Source of the DNA: a virus
Taxonomy: Duplodnaviria > Caudoviricetes
Length of the DNA stretch: 64,000 nt
Reading direction: 5' to 3' (one strand)
IMG/VR virus record: IMGVR_UViG_3300030433_002124
Location: 1-64,000 of that record
The notes under the pieces are model-generated. The model did not search any database, was not told the DNA's origin, and was given only the letters and a program-made list of their open reading frames with translations. The position numbers and the translations under genes were made by a program. This document shows positions 38,891 through 50,700 of the stretch, in pieces; the first letter of the stretch is position 1; every line of letters starts with the position of its first letter.

Positions 38891-41800
38891 ATGGCGCATA
38901 AGAAAAAAAAGAAAACAAATTGGTATATGTATGGGGGTAAACCCAGTGACATGAAGTCTTTAATTCCAAAAGCTAATTTTGGCCAGACTCTAGGAAGTAT
39001 AGGTGATACTAATTTAGCTAAAAATTTAGATATGGCTATACCTGGATTAGGTACAGGTATAGATGCTGCTTTAGATTTGGCAGGCTTTTTTGGAGATAAA
39101 AAAGTATATAATGAAGCTCAAGAAGATAAAAAAGCTGCTGGAAGCTATATAACTGCTATAGAATCAGGTCCTAATAAAGGAGGTTTAGATTTTTCTGCTG
39201 GGTTATCTGGAGCTAAAGGTTTTCAAGATTATGCAAATACTTTAAAAAAACCTAATTTTGGTAGAGATTTTCTTTTACCAACTGTTATGAGTGTAGGAGA
39301 AAGTGCTATAGGAGGTGGGCTTGGTAATCTAGGATTAGAGAATTTACAAATAGGTAAGTCAAATGCGCAAGATATTTTAAGCGGTATAACAGGTATACAA
39401 AAACCTGATTTTTCAGAAATGGGAGGTTCTCCTAGATCTGATGTATATGAAGCAGAAGGAAATGAAGTAATACAACATGAGCCTGGAGCTCCTCCAGGAA
39501 CAACAGGTAAAATGGAACCTATAGGTAATAATCCTATGTTATCTGAACTTAAAGGTAAGTCTCATGCAGCTGGTGGTGAACTAGTTGATTCTGTAGGACA
39601 ACAGGTAGTATATTCGAAAAAACTAAAATCGAAAACATGGGGAATATCTTTTGCAGATGCAGCTAAGAAAATAGGAAAGAAAATAGAAACATTTGAAAAA
39701 GCTGCAGCAGAAGGTGATCATATAACAAAACAAACTGCTCAATCTATGATTAGATCTTGGATTGTTAAATTACAAGAGTTACAAGCAGAACAAGAAGCTG
39801 CAAGAAAAGAAAAGTTTACACAACTTTTACAAGATGGATCTTCGTTTGAAGAATTACAACAAAGTTTCCCGGACTTAACTGATCAATTTATGCAGGCTAA
39901 TGCTGGGCCTCAAAAACAAGTAAATCCTACTGAAGGGCCTATGGCGCCTATAGCTCCTATGGAACAGCAATTCTTATACGGTGGTAAAAATAAAATGATG
40001 TACGGTAGTACTCCTAAATATGCGTATGGTATGTCAGCTGATCCTAATGATCCTCCTTTCTACGAAGGCCGAAGAACAGATGAAGATGTTGATGCATTAC
40101 AAGATACTTTTATGACTTATAATGGTCATAAGATTTATGGAAATGATCAGGGTATAAAAGACTATATCCAAGAAATTGGAATGGACGAATTTGCTAGACA
40201 ATGGATGGCAAACATGGATCCTGAGTTATTAGAGTTTGCAGGTATACAAGAATTTGGTGATTTATTTGAAAATAATGGAGACAAGCTTAAAATGCTTCAA
40301 AGATTATATAACGAAAAGAATGCAGGACAACCAGGCTTTACTCCTATACCGGTAGACTCAGGTGTTGGAAAGTTTGGAGAACACTCTATGAGTATGGCAG
40401 GATGGAAAGAATTAGAAGATTCTGCAACTAATCCAGACGGTCCTATTAGTGGAGGAGATCAAGGAAATGTACCTAATCCTAATAATACAGGAGATCCGGG
40501 TATTCTAGATGATGATTTTGATTTAGGTGAAATAGAAGATCCATTAGCTGATGATGATGGAATAATGGAAGAAGAAGAGGAAATAGAGATTTATAGAGAT
40601 CCTAATCTAGGCCCACAAAGAGGTCCAAGAGATGATATGGCACCTATAGCTACAGGAGATCCTATACAAGATAGAGCATATCAAATAGAAGGTGAACCTG
40701 AATTAGAAATTACTGAATTAGATCTTGAAGATGATGAAGAAGAAGAAGAAGAAATAGTTTACGATCAACAGGGTAATATTATATATGACCCTGCTATAGA
40801 TAAACCAGGTACAATACCAGGTAATCCTTTAGAACTTAGAGGTCCTATTCGTTTAACTGAATATGAAGGAGTTGAACTACCTCCTAATACTCAAACAAAG
40901 AAAAAAGATCCACCTCCATATATGGGAGATGCTCCTTATACTGATATTGTAGCAGATAATGCAGGAGTTCCATTACAACCAGGACCAGGAAAAAAACCAC
41001 CATTTACAGGTGGATACTTCACAGGACAAGACGATGGAGTAGATGATATTCTACCAGGAATGTACGATGATGAAGCAATGTATTATAATAGACCAACTCT
41101 TGAAGATGCGGATATGTATAGAGAAGATGTACAATTATACAAAGATGATTCTAAAATTAAAAAACCTAAATGGAAAGCCGGAGGTACTGAAGATCCTATG
41201 TTCGGTCCTTTCCCTGAGAATGATAGAACTCCTTATAGATCTAAAAACAGATGGTGGGAAAGAGATCCAAATAAGAAAAATAAAAAAGAAGAAGAAGAAG
41301 AAGAAATTATTAATAATAATATAAATAAAAATGAAGAAATTATTAATAATAAAGGAGCGACTGATACAGATAAGACACAAGCATTTAATAACCGAAAGTT
41401 CTTCCAAGGTCTTTCTAAATACGCTTCTCCTCTTTATAATTTAATGAAATCAAAAGAAGGAGCAGAAATAGAAAAGAAACAAGTAAACCCATATGAAAAA
41501 GATATTTTAAAAGAGTTGGATCAAACAGTTGATATACAACCTTGGTTAAATCAAAATATGATGTCTATGAAAGGTGGTATGGATTTCTCTAAAGATTTTG
41601 CTAGTGGTAATCCAATGCAGATGTTTAATATGTATAATAGATTAAACCAAGGTAAAATGATGCAAGACTCAGCAGCTTGGAAATATAAACATGATGCAGA
41701 AGGTAAGTTAGGTACTGCTAGAGCTAATATGATGTTTAATTTAGGAGAAAGAGATAGAGCTGAAAGTGTTAGAGTAGCAGGTGTAAACTCTCAAAACAGA

Positions 41801-42979
41801 GCAGCAGTAGATAAATATGTATCTACCGCTATAGAACAGTTATCTGCTATAGGACAACTAGATGAGTATACAGCTAATTTAATGGAGAATGATAAATTAA
41901 GAGCTAGCTTTATTAATGCTATGGCTCCTGATTTGCAAAAGTATATGAATAATAATCCAGATGCAGGTGTTGATGAATCTATTACTAATGTTATGAGTAC
42001 TCTAACTGAAGAGGATATACAAAATATGATTAATAATAGTGTAGGAAATATTCCTGTAAATATAAATATTACTCCGGGGGATAATAATACTAATGTTACT
42101 GATAATACAGGTACTAACAATGAAGTAGTAACTGGTAATAATGAAGATCCTATAGATGCTAATAATGTATTGTCAGGAGGAGAATTTATAAATCCATTAG
42201 ATGAAGCTACTAGTAATGTACAGAACGTAGGAACCCCTATTGATGTAAGTGATGATATGAGATTCAATAGTGCTTTTGATCATGAAGTAAATGGTAATTT
42301 ATTTACTCCTATAGAAGGAGAACCTAATAGATATTCATACGACAATCAAACTTATGTTAAAATTAAGCAAGGAAATAGCGAACTATATATACCAGAAGAA
42401 GAAGCTATACAAAAAGGATTGATTACAGAAGAAGATATAAATGTTGATATGGATGATGTTGTATTAGATGGAAATACTGGAGGAGATGGAACGGGAGGTG
42501 GTAATAATATAGAATATACTCCTATTATTTCAGCTGATCAAATGGCTTCATTAGAACCTATGAGTATTCAAAGTACTGGAGCAGGTAAAGCTAATATATT
42601 AGAAAATGGTCAGCCTATACAAGTAGAAGTAGATGGAGGTATGTTAAAAGTAAATGGAGTAAGAGCAGAAGGAGATAAGATAGTAGTTGATGGTTCTGTG
42701 ACTATGTTAGGTGTAGACCTACCTTCTACAAGAGATTTTGGAGAATTTATACAAGATAGTAATAGTGCTTCAGGATTTAAGTGGGTTCCTAATGAAGATT
42801 CTTGGGAACAGTTTCAAGCTAATGCTAGCGCAGAACAAAAAGCTATGTTTGCAAACTTTATAGCTGCAGTAGAAGGAGATGTAAGATATGCTGAAGCATT
42901 ACGTAATCAAATAAGCGGAGGAGAAGGAACTTTAACGGGAGCACAACTAAATGATACAATAAGAAATAAACCAGAGTAA
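38891..42979 (+). CDS. virion cargo (ejection) protein 1
   Basis: Follows the muzzle gene; contains EAEGNEVI...GKSHAAGG...VVYS (crAss cargo-like), Gly/Ala-rich hydrophobic segments and a long acidic Pro-rich linker. Confidence 0.7.
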   Translation: MAHKKKKKTNWYMYGGKPSDMKSLIPKANFGQTLGSIGDTNLAKNLDMAIPGLGTGIDAALDLAGFFGDKKVYNEAQEDKKAAGSYITAIESGPNKGGLDFSAGLSGAKGFQDYANTLKKPNFGRDFLLPTVMSVGESAIGGGLGNLGLENLQIGKSNAQDILSGITGIQKPDFSEMGGSPRSDVYEAEGNEVIQHEPGAPPGTTGKMEPIGNNPMLSELKGKSHAAGGELVDSVGQQVVYSKKLKSKTWGISFADAAKKIGKKIETFEKAAAEGDHITKQTAQSMIRSWIVKLQELQAEQEAARKEKFTQLLQDGSSFEELQQSFPDLTDQFMQANAGPQKQVNPTEGPMAPIAPMEQQFLYGGKNKMMYGSTPKYAYGMSADPNDPPFYEGRRTDEDVDALQDTFMTYNGHKIYGNDQGIKDYIQEIGMDEFARQWMANMDPELLEFAGIQEFGDLFENNGDKLKMLQRLYNEKNAGQPGFTPIPVDSGVGKFGEHSMSMAGWKELEDSATNPDGPISGGDQGNVPNPNNTGDPGILDDDFDLGEIEDPLADDDGIMEEEEEIEIYRDPNLGPQRGPRDDMAPIATGDPIQDRAYQIEGEPELEITELDLEDDEEEEEEIVYDQQGNIIYDPAIDKPGTIPGNPLELRGPIRLTEYEGVELPPNTQTKKKDPPPYMGDAPYTDIVADNAGVPLQPGPGKKPPFTGGYFTGQDDGVDDILPGMYDDEAMYYNRPTLEDADMYREDVQLYKDDSKIKKPKWKAGGTEDPMFGPFPENDRTPYRSKNRWWERDPNKKNKKEEEEEEIINNNINKNEEIINNKGATDTDKTQAFNNRKFFQGLSKYASPLYNLMKSKEGAEIEKKQVNPYEKDILKELDQTVDIQPWLNQNMMSMKGGMDFSKDFASGNPMQMFNMYNRLNQGKMMQDSAAWKYKHDAEGKLGTARANMMFNLGERDRAESVRVAGVNSQNRAAVDKYVSTAIEQLSAIGQLDEYTANLMENDKLRASFINAMAPDLQKYMNNNPDAGVDESITNVMSTLTEEDIQNMINNSVGNIPVNINITPGDNNTNVTDNTGTNNEVVTGNNEDPIDANNVLSGGEFINPLDEATSNVQNVGTPIDVSDDMRFNSAFDHEVNGNLFTPIEGEPNRYSYDNQTYVKIKQGNSELYIPEEEAIQKGLITEEDINVDMDDVVLDGNTGGDGTGGGNNIEYTPIISADQMASLEPMSIQSTGAGKANILENGQPIQVEVDGGMLKVNGVRAEGDKIVVDGSVTMLGVDLPSTRDFGEFIQDSNSASGFKWVPNEDSWEQFQANASAEQKAMFANFIAAVEGDVRYAEALRNQISGGEGTLTGAQLNDTIRNKPE

Positions 42980-42980
42980 G

Positions 42981-45900
42981 ATGGCAGTAAATAGATTTAA
43001 TACACCGGCAGAACAGAATTTGATGCAAACATATGTACCACTTCCTTTTCAGGAAATGGCTGCAGCTGCTCAAATGATTCAACAGAGACATGATACAGCA
43101 GAAGCTTTAGCAGATTCTTTAGATGATGATTTATTAGGTATAAAAGCTTATCGTGAATTAGATAAAAGATATTTAACTGATTATAGACAAAATTTAGATA
43201 ATGAGTTATCTGGTTTAATAAAGAAACATAATGGTAGATATGCAGATATGTTACCAGATCTTAAACTGATACAGAAAAGAGTAAATAGAGATCTTACTGC
43301 TGGGAATTTAGCTGCTATAAAAATGAGTGGAGAACAGTTAGCTTTATATGATCAGGGTGTATTAGATACAAAAAAAGATGAAAAATATGATCCATATTTA
43401 GACTCAATGTTAGGAGCTGGATATGATAGAGCTGTATGGATGAGTGAGGGTATGAAAAATATTGGTACAGAATTACAACCTAATTATATTATAGATGAGG
43501 ATTATTATCAAAATAATGTAACAGGACAACCTTTATCATCATATAAGTATACAGGTGTATGGCAAGCTTCTGATATGCTTTCTCAATTAGATAAAGTATA
43601 TGGTAAAGTTAAAAAAGACAGTCAAGAAGTTACATATAATGTAACTGATCCTGATGGTACTGTAAGAACAATTACAGAAAAAATAGATCAAATAACACCG
43701 GCTAAAATAGCTGAAGCTGCTTTAAATAATATAAGTGCATTGAGTCCAAATGCTAGACAAGAGTTGGCATTATGGTCAGCTTCACAAACAGATGATGCTG
43801 TGTTAGCATATGCAGATGCATTCTTACAAACATTACTTTCAGATGAAATGATGGCAGCAGAAACCCAAGATCAAATTGATGATGTAAATGAAAGATATTC
43901 TAGTATGTGGGCTGAAATGACAGATGAAGATGGAAATCCTACAGCTCAGGCTATTAAATATGCAGAACTTTGGAATATAAATGAAGAGGGTAGAAAATAT
44001 ATCACGGGAGATACAACATTAAAAGATGTTGCTGATACTAAAAATAAATACAAAAGTAGCACAGGAGGTTCTACACACACATATAGAATTATTGATACTG
44101 GTACAGGACCTGAACTTCAAATTACTCCGGTAGTAAATGAGTTTGGAGAAGATATAATAGAAAATAGTAATGACGCATTATTGACAACATGGAATAAAAG
44201 TGTTAATCAAAACTATACTAATTATGTGGATGCGGTAGAAGAATATAATAAATGGAGAGAACAAACTCCTGGAGATGTAGATCATTTAGCTGATTTAGAA
44301 AGAATAGTAAATTCAGCTAGGTATACTTATGAAGCATCAGCTTTCCTTAAGCAACAAATAACACAGCAAGCTGCTATAGATGCTAATTATAAATATGTAG
44401 GTCATGGAGCAGGAATGAATGAGAAAAATGAAGCAGGTTATTATTATGAAGATATTACTTTTGGTCCAAATAATGAGCTTTTAAGTACTTTTATTGATGT
44501 AGGTTATGGTGATACTGGAGATAATATTCCTATGAGATATAATATTGATGTTATGTTTGACGATCAAGGTAAACCTATTAGTCCAGACGATGTAAACGCT
44601 ATATGGGCTCATATAAGAAATAGAACTTTAACAGATGAGGATGGTTTTATTACAGGATTTACTCCTGGATTACATGAGAATCCTTTAATGGTTGTAGATG
44701 AAGAAACCGGTGTGGGAGTAATTGATCCAAGAACAGCTGATTATACAGGACGTCATAGTATTGTATATGATGCTTCTTATGTAGGTAATACACCATTAGA
44801 TAAAGCTAAAGTAAAACTGTATGAAAAAAGAAAGAAGGAATTATTTGGAGGTAGAACTAGAGAGATAACAGAATTAGCAGGAACAGGTAATAAGAGAGTA
44901 GATGAACAAATTAGAACAGCTATTACTGAAAATTGGTTAAATGAGGACTTTATGTTTATGGGACAAATGACTAATCAAACATTCTCTATGCTTGAAGATC
45001 CTGGAACAGATGCTGAAGCTTTAAAAGATATTATAGCAGATATCAATGGAGATGGTAATGAAAACCAAGAAGATGTTATGGAATTCTTAGAACAAGTTAA
45101 AAAAGGAGATGTTAGAATATTATGGGAATCTGTACCTAATTCAACAATAAATGATGGTGCAGGTGGTTATAGAGGTGTTGTAAAAGTTCCTACTAAAACG
45201 GGTGCTCAAACATTATACTTTACAGCACCACAAGCTTATTTAAATGAAATAATGACATATCATGTAGATATGGATGGTAATTATGTAAAAATGAGTCCAA
45301 ATGAATCTCAAATGAAATGGATGAATTACAATGCTCAAATAGATTTAGATAGAGCAATGAGATTACCTGGTAATATTGTTCCAACTGCTACTTTAGATGA
45401 GAATAATAATCCAATAGGATGGTATTATTTTGGTATAAATCCTAATGATGGTACACCATTAAGATCTGATGAATATATATTTGTTCCTAATAAAAATGTA
45501 ATAACTGCAGTAGATGTTGTAGAAGGACAAATTGTAGAAACAAGAGCCACAGGAGAGCCTAGCGGTGCTATAGATGTAGATGATAATACTAGAGATTTAG
45601 CTAGAATATTAATGTTAAATGATCCTAATCAAGCGGCTACTAAAAAATTCTGGTATAATCAGTTAGACGTAACACCTGCTACTGAACCTATTAAAAGAGA
45701 ATTTGACAAAACGCCTATTATTAATAATAATGATAATACTATTATTGATAATAATATTAATATCGATAATGAAGATAAAGATAATATTATTGTAGTTGAT
45801 CCGAATGATAAAAAAGATAAAAACGATAATGACTATATATTACCAGAAGAGATTGATCCAATTCCTGAAGGATTTGATGAAAACGGTAATAGAATACCAG

Positions 45901-47738
45901 AAGAAATAATTAAGCTGCCAAGGAAAGAAATAAATAAAGAAGAGTTTAGACAAAAAACTCAACAAACAAGAGATGATCTTGATAAGTTAATTATAAGAAA
46001 CGAAGAAGCTATTATTGATCCTGATGACTATTTTGTATATACGCCAGAAGATGATCAAATTCTTAATTTCTTAACAAATGATCCAACTATAGAATCTACA
46101 ACAAACCCTGGAGAAATTGATAAAGAACAATCTTTTGTACAAAGCTCGGGCCCTGGAGCATTAGTAATAACACAACCTGGAGATGAGATATTCCCAGAAG
46201 GTGCTATGATGAGTAATGATTATAGGATTTGGAATTTAACTACAGGTCAACAATTAGACCAAAATGGTAATGTTATAGGACCAAGAGAGTATGATCATTA
46301 TTATTATCAAAATGATGATGGATTTACTGTACATGTTGACTTTACTTTAAGTGACAATATTGATGCAGATGGACAACCTATAGAAAGTCCTAATGAATAT
46401 GATATTGATTTAGAAGGTGAGATTATAGAAAACGAAGGTAATGATCCTATTATTAATCCAAACGATACTGATATAATAGATGACGAAGATAATGATCCTT
46501 TACCAGGAGGAAATGCTCCTAATACTATAGTAACAAGTCCTCAAACTTATAATACTGAAATTACATTAAGAAATGGAACGGTGATAAAAGGAGAGTTTAA
46601 TGTAGATCCAGGACAATTATGGTTTGATGATTCACAGAATACTTATCATACATGGGCTATGCATAGAGGTCCGGGTATAAAACCTGAACAAATGCAAGTT
46701 AAAAAACCATTACTTGATGCATTATTAGAAGCTGAAACTAATATTAATAAAGATATGTTTGATATATTTGCAGGATTATACGGTGATTTAGGAGGGGGCG
46801 CATTATCAGAAGACGCAACTAAACATGGAGCTGCAAAAATATTAGGATGGATTGATGAAAGTGGAAATACATATCCTTATAAAGGATTCCAGTGGAGCCC
46901 AGACGATGATACTTATTATGGAGAATTGCCTGAAGGGTTTACACAAGATGATTTAAAATTACAGTGGTCAGATAATTATAATGAGACATATCATAATAGA
47001 GATGGCTCTGTAAAAGATGAGTATTTAGGAGATAGAAAACAAATATTAAATGGTAACTTCCCTGGTTTAGAGTTAATATCAGCAGAAGAAATGACTGTAG
47101 CAGATGGAACTACTGCAAGTATAGCCGATCTTATAAAACAAGGTAAAATAGCTATAATGACTAAAACAGGTGTTATGGATCCATTTATGAGAAATAATAC
47201 TAGACAATCAGATGGAAATATATTTAATATACCAATGGCAGATGTTTGGAGATCTTATGAATCTCAAAAAAGAGCTTATGATAAGTATCAAAAAGAAGGA
47301 GGTTCACCAGTTGCTCCTCCAGGACACTCATTCCATGAAGCTGGTCAAGCGTTTGATATTTCTCAATCTGATAATGATTATGGAATATATATAGTAGATC
47401 TTTCAAGTCAAGGAGAATTAAATAATATTGCATTCGGTTCAAATAAATGGAAAATGGAAACATTATTTTCTACTACAAAAGCTTTACCTGCTATACAATT
47501 AGATGATATTATATATAATGGTACAAGACCTTGGAATGGAATGGATAATGAAATTCAAAAATTAGTTACACAAAGATTAATTGATATGAATAAAAAAGAT
47601 GGATATACATTAGCACAATTATCAGCTTCTAATCCTAAAAACAATGAATGGTGGCACTTCTCAATAGGTGAAATGACAACTTATAGAGAACCTTTAATGC
47701 CAGGCAATAAATATGGAACATATAAATACGTAAGATAA
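42981..47738 (+). CDS. virion cargo protein 2 with C-terminal M15-family (VanY-like) peptidoglycan peptidase
   Basis: N-terminal MAVNRF...TYVPLPFQE; C-terminal RSYESQKRAY, APPGHSFHEAGQAFDI and EWWHFS Zn-peptidase motifs (about 47250-47660). Confidence 0.8.
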   Translation: MAVNRFNTPAEQNLMQTYVPLPFQEMAAAAQMIQQRHDTAEALADSLDDDLLGIKAYRELDKRYLTDYRQNLDNELSGLIKKHNGRYADMLPDLKLIQKRVNRDLTAGNLAAIKMSGEQLALYDQGVLDTKKDEKYDPYLDSMLGAGYDRAVWMSEGMKNIGTELQPNYIIDEDYYQNNVTGQPLSSYKYTGVWQASDMLSQLDKVYGKVKKDSQEVTYNVTDPDGTVRTITEKIDQITPAKIAEAALNNISALSPNARQELALWSASQTDDAVLAYADAFLQTLLSDEMMAAETQDQIDDVNERYSSMWAEMTDEDGNPTAQAIKYAELWNINEEGRKYITGDTTLKDVADTKNKYKSSTGGSTHTYRIIDTGTGPELQITPVVNEFGEDIIENSNDALLTTWNKSVNQNYTNYVDAVEEYNKWREQTPGDVDHLADLERIVNSARYTYEASAFLKQQITQQAAIDANYKYVGHGAGMNEKNEAGYYYEDITFGPNNELLSTFIDVGYGDTGDNIPMRYNIDVMFDDQGKPISPDDVNAIWAHIRNRTLTDEDGFITGFTPGLHENPLMVVDEETGVGVIDPRTADYTGRHSIVYDASYVGNTPLDKAKVKLYEKRKKELFGGRTREITELAGTGNKRVDEQIRTAITENWLNEDFMFMGQMTNQTFSMLEDPGTDAEALKDIIADINGDGNENQEDVMEFLEQVKKGDVRILWESVPNSTINDGAGGYRGVVKVPTKTGAQTLYFTAPQAYLNEIMTYHVDMDGNYVKMSPNESQMKWMNYNAQIDLDRAMRLPGNIVPTATLDENNNPIGWYYFGINPNDGTPLRSDEYIFVPNKNVITAVDVVEGQIVETRATGEPSGAIDVDDNTRDLARILMLNDPNQAATKKFWYNQLDVTPATEPIKREFDKTPIINNNDNTIIDNNINIDNEDKDNIIVVDPNDKKDKNDNDYILPEEIDPIPEGFDENGNRIPEEIIKLPRKEINKEEFRQKTQQTRDDLDKLIIRNEEAIIDPDDYFVYTPEDDQILNFLTNDPTIESTTNPGEIDKEQSFVQSSGPGALVITQPGDEIFPEGAMMSNDYRIWNLTTGQQLDQNGNVIGPREYDHYYYQNDDGFTVHVDFTLSDNIDADGQPIESPNEYDIDLEGEIIENEGNDPIINPNDTDIIDDEDNDPLPGGNAPNTIVTSPQTYNTEITLRNGTVIKGEFNVDPGQLWFDDSQNTYHTWAMHRGPGIKPEQMQVKKPLLDALLEAETNINKDMFDIFAGLYGDLGGGALSEDATKHGAAKILGWIDESGNTYPYKGFQWSPDDDTYYGELPEGFTQDDLKLQWSDNYNETYHNRDGSVKDEYLGDRKQILNGNFPGLELISAEEMTVADGTTASIADLIKQGKIAIMTKTGVMDPFMRNNTRQSDGNIFNIPMADVWRSYESQKRAYDKYQKEGGSPVAPPGHSFHEAGQAFDISQSDNDYGIYIVDLSSQGELNNIAFGSNKWKMETLFSTTKALPAIQLDDIIYNGTRPWNGMDNEIQKLVTQRLIDMNKKDGYTLAQLSASNPKNNEWWHFSIGEMTTYREPLMPGNKYGTYKYVR

Positions 47739-47739
47739 G

Positions 47740-50700
47740 ATGAGTCAAAATAATTCACTACAAAATTTATTGAATAGTAGTACTCCTGAACCTGTTGAGT
47801 TAAATCCTATTACTAACTTACCAATAAAAAGAGGCAATCCTCAAAGGATTCCAGGAGCTAGTTCAGTTAAAGATTTAATAGATGGAACCTATTTAGATCC
47901 GGCTAGAGATGAGTCTTATTTTAGCAATCCTGTTAATCCCGATGACCCTTATGATTTAAAAAGAGTTGATTGGCCTGTATATGATCGTAGTCAGATTAAT
48001 AAAATTCGAAATTCTAATCAAACTCATGGAGGTAGATTTTTAGCATGGCTTAATCAATCTATTGCAGAAATTGGAGGAGGTACTCTTTATGGTATAGGAG
48101 CATTATATGATTTAGTAGCAGGTAATGTAGAAAATGATTATCAAAATGCTCTTACAGAAATAGGACAAGATTGGATGGATTGGGCTAAAGATGTTACTCC
48201 TATATTTAGAAGGAATCCTGGAAAAGGTTGGGATCCTAATGATTGGGCATGGTGGGCTTCTAATGCAGTTTCATTAGTATCTACTTTATCTTTATTTATA
48301 CCTGCAGCTGGAACAGTAAGAGGTGTTAGTATGGCTGGTAGAGGTGTGGGTATGTTGGGAAAAACTATGAGAGCTGCTGGTAGAACTAGTAAACTTGGTA
48401 AAAAAAGTTTAAAATTTCAACTTGGTACAGCATTAGCTAAAGTCCCTAGATTAGGAGGAAAAAGAGTACAAGCTTTAGGAGGTATGACTTTAGGGGGTTT
48501 GAGTATGAGGTATATGGAAAACTATAGAGAAGCAGGAGATACTTTTGTACAATCTTATGATAAAAACTTAGAATTTTTTCAAGATCAAGCTGCTTTTGAT
48601 CGTTTTTTAGAAAGTAAAGAAGGGCAAAAATTTTTAGAAGATAATCCAGGTATTACTCTTGATGATCCTCTTTTAAAAGAAAAAGCCGCACAATGGATAG
48701 CTGGACATGCTGCGCATAAATCTTTTAATATGAATTGGCATAATGCTGCATTTGATATACTTCAATATGGTCTTGTGTTTGGACATCTTGGAAGATTAGG
48801 AAAAGGTACAAGAGCTAGTTTTTTAGCAGGGCATAGTAATAAAGTTAGACAGGCTCAAAATGCTTTACTTAAAAATCCTAAAATTCCTAAAACTAGATTA
48901 GGTAGAATATGGCAAAACTATGGTAAAAAACCTACTAAATGGGGAGCTTGGGCTTATTCTGAAGGTATAGAAGAACAAATAAACTGGATATCTATGCAAG
49001 AAGGTATAAGGTATGGAGATATTATGGCAGGTAATATGGGACCTTCTAATCCTGATTGGCTTGGTGCTGGTTTTGGTCGTCCTGATTTTTCTTTATTACC
49101 TAGTATGTTTCTAGGACCTGAAAACAGAAAACATGCATATAGCCAGCAAGGAGAATATTGGTCTTCGACATTATTTGGAGCTATGGGTGGTGGTGGATTT
49201 ACTATGCTTGGAGGTTTAGCTAATAGAAAAACAAATATAGCTAGACAAAAAAGACAGATAGAAGAAATTGGTAAACGTCAAGAGTTTATAATAAATGCTT
49301 TAAATAAACGTAATGAAGCAAAACAAAAAGGAGATGTTGAAACAGTTAAAGAACAAAATAGATTATTAGCTATTAATTTAGGGTTAAATGCATCTCAAGC
49401 AGGGAATGTAGATTTACTATTAGAGCAAATAAATGATGAGAATTTTGATCAATTACTTTTAGATAATGGTATTACTCAAGAAGAGTTAAATACAACTAAA
49501 AAAGACATTATCAATGTAATTAATAATACTGAAAAACGCTATAGAAAGTATAGTGATACAATATTTGGTACAGAATATGGAGCAGGTGCAGCAAGAGCTG
49601 TAGTAGAATTAGAAATGGCTATGGATATGTATTCTGAGCTAATGGAAGATATTGATAATAGAATAGAAGAATCTCAAGAGAGTACTAAAGTAGCCGAAGA
49701 AAAATCTAAAATAGGTACTAATACTAAAAGACGTAGACAAATACAAACTAATATTATTAGTTTGAATCAAACTATAGAAAAAGTAAAAACTATTATTGAA
49801 AATCTAGAAAATGATAATGCTACACCTAATTTAAGTAAAGAAGAAAAACAACAAAATGATTCTACTATTGCTGGTTTTAAACAGGCTTTAAATAATTTTG
49901 AAGTTGAATTAAAAGACTTGACTAAAGAAGGAGCAGATTTAGAAAAAAATTCAAAAGAAACTTATACAGAAGATCAATTTAATGCAGAACAAGAGTATTT
50001 AAATCAGACTAATAGAAATGATGTTATACAATTAGCTAATAAAAAACAAATTTATAAAGCTAATAGATTAGCAGCTTGGAAGCAAATGAATGAAATACTT
50101 AGTGGTAATTATGAATTTACTGTTAAGCAAAAATCTGATAAGGTAGAAGATGCATTACTTTCAGAAAAAGAACAAAAGAAAAGACTTAAGTTAGATGAAC
50201 AAGATCGTGCTGATATTGAAAGAAGATGGAACTCGATAACAAAAAAGAATGCAAGAGATACAGAGAATGATGCTATTATACAAGACTTCTTAGACCTAAC
50301 ATCAGATCCTAATACTAATCAAGATCAAATAGATATTTTTGTAGATGAATATAGAGATAATAGCGAAGTTCAAACTCGACTTAAACCTCTTATTCGTAAT
50401 TGGAAAACTAGAAAAAAACAACTAGAGTTACAGTCTTCTATAGATCAACTAAAAAAACTTAGCTCAGAAGTTAATGAAGCTGTAAAAGAAGGTAAAGAAA
50501 TTGAAAATATAGATAAAGTTATTAATGAAGTTATGCTTCTATTAAATAATATATGGGGTAAGAAAGGATTTCGTAGAGATTCTTCAGGAAAAGATTTATC
50601 TAAAAAACAATTTGAACAAAAAAGAAAAGATTATAAATGGGCAGAGCATCTAACTGGTTTTTTAGCTAGATATAAACATGGTATACCAGAATCTTTAAAC

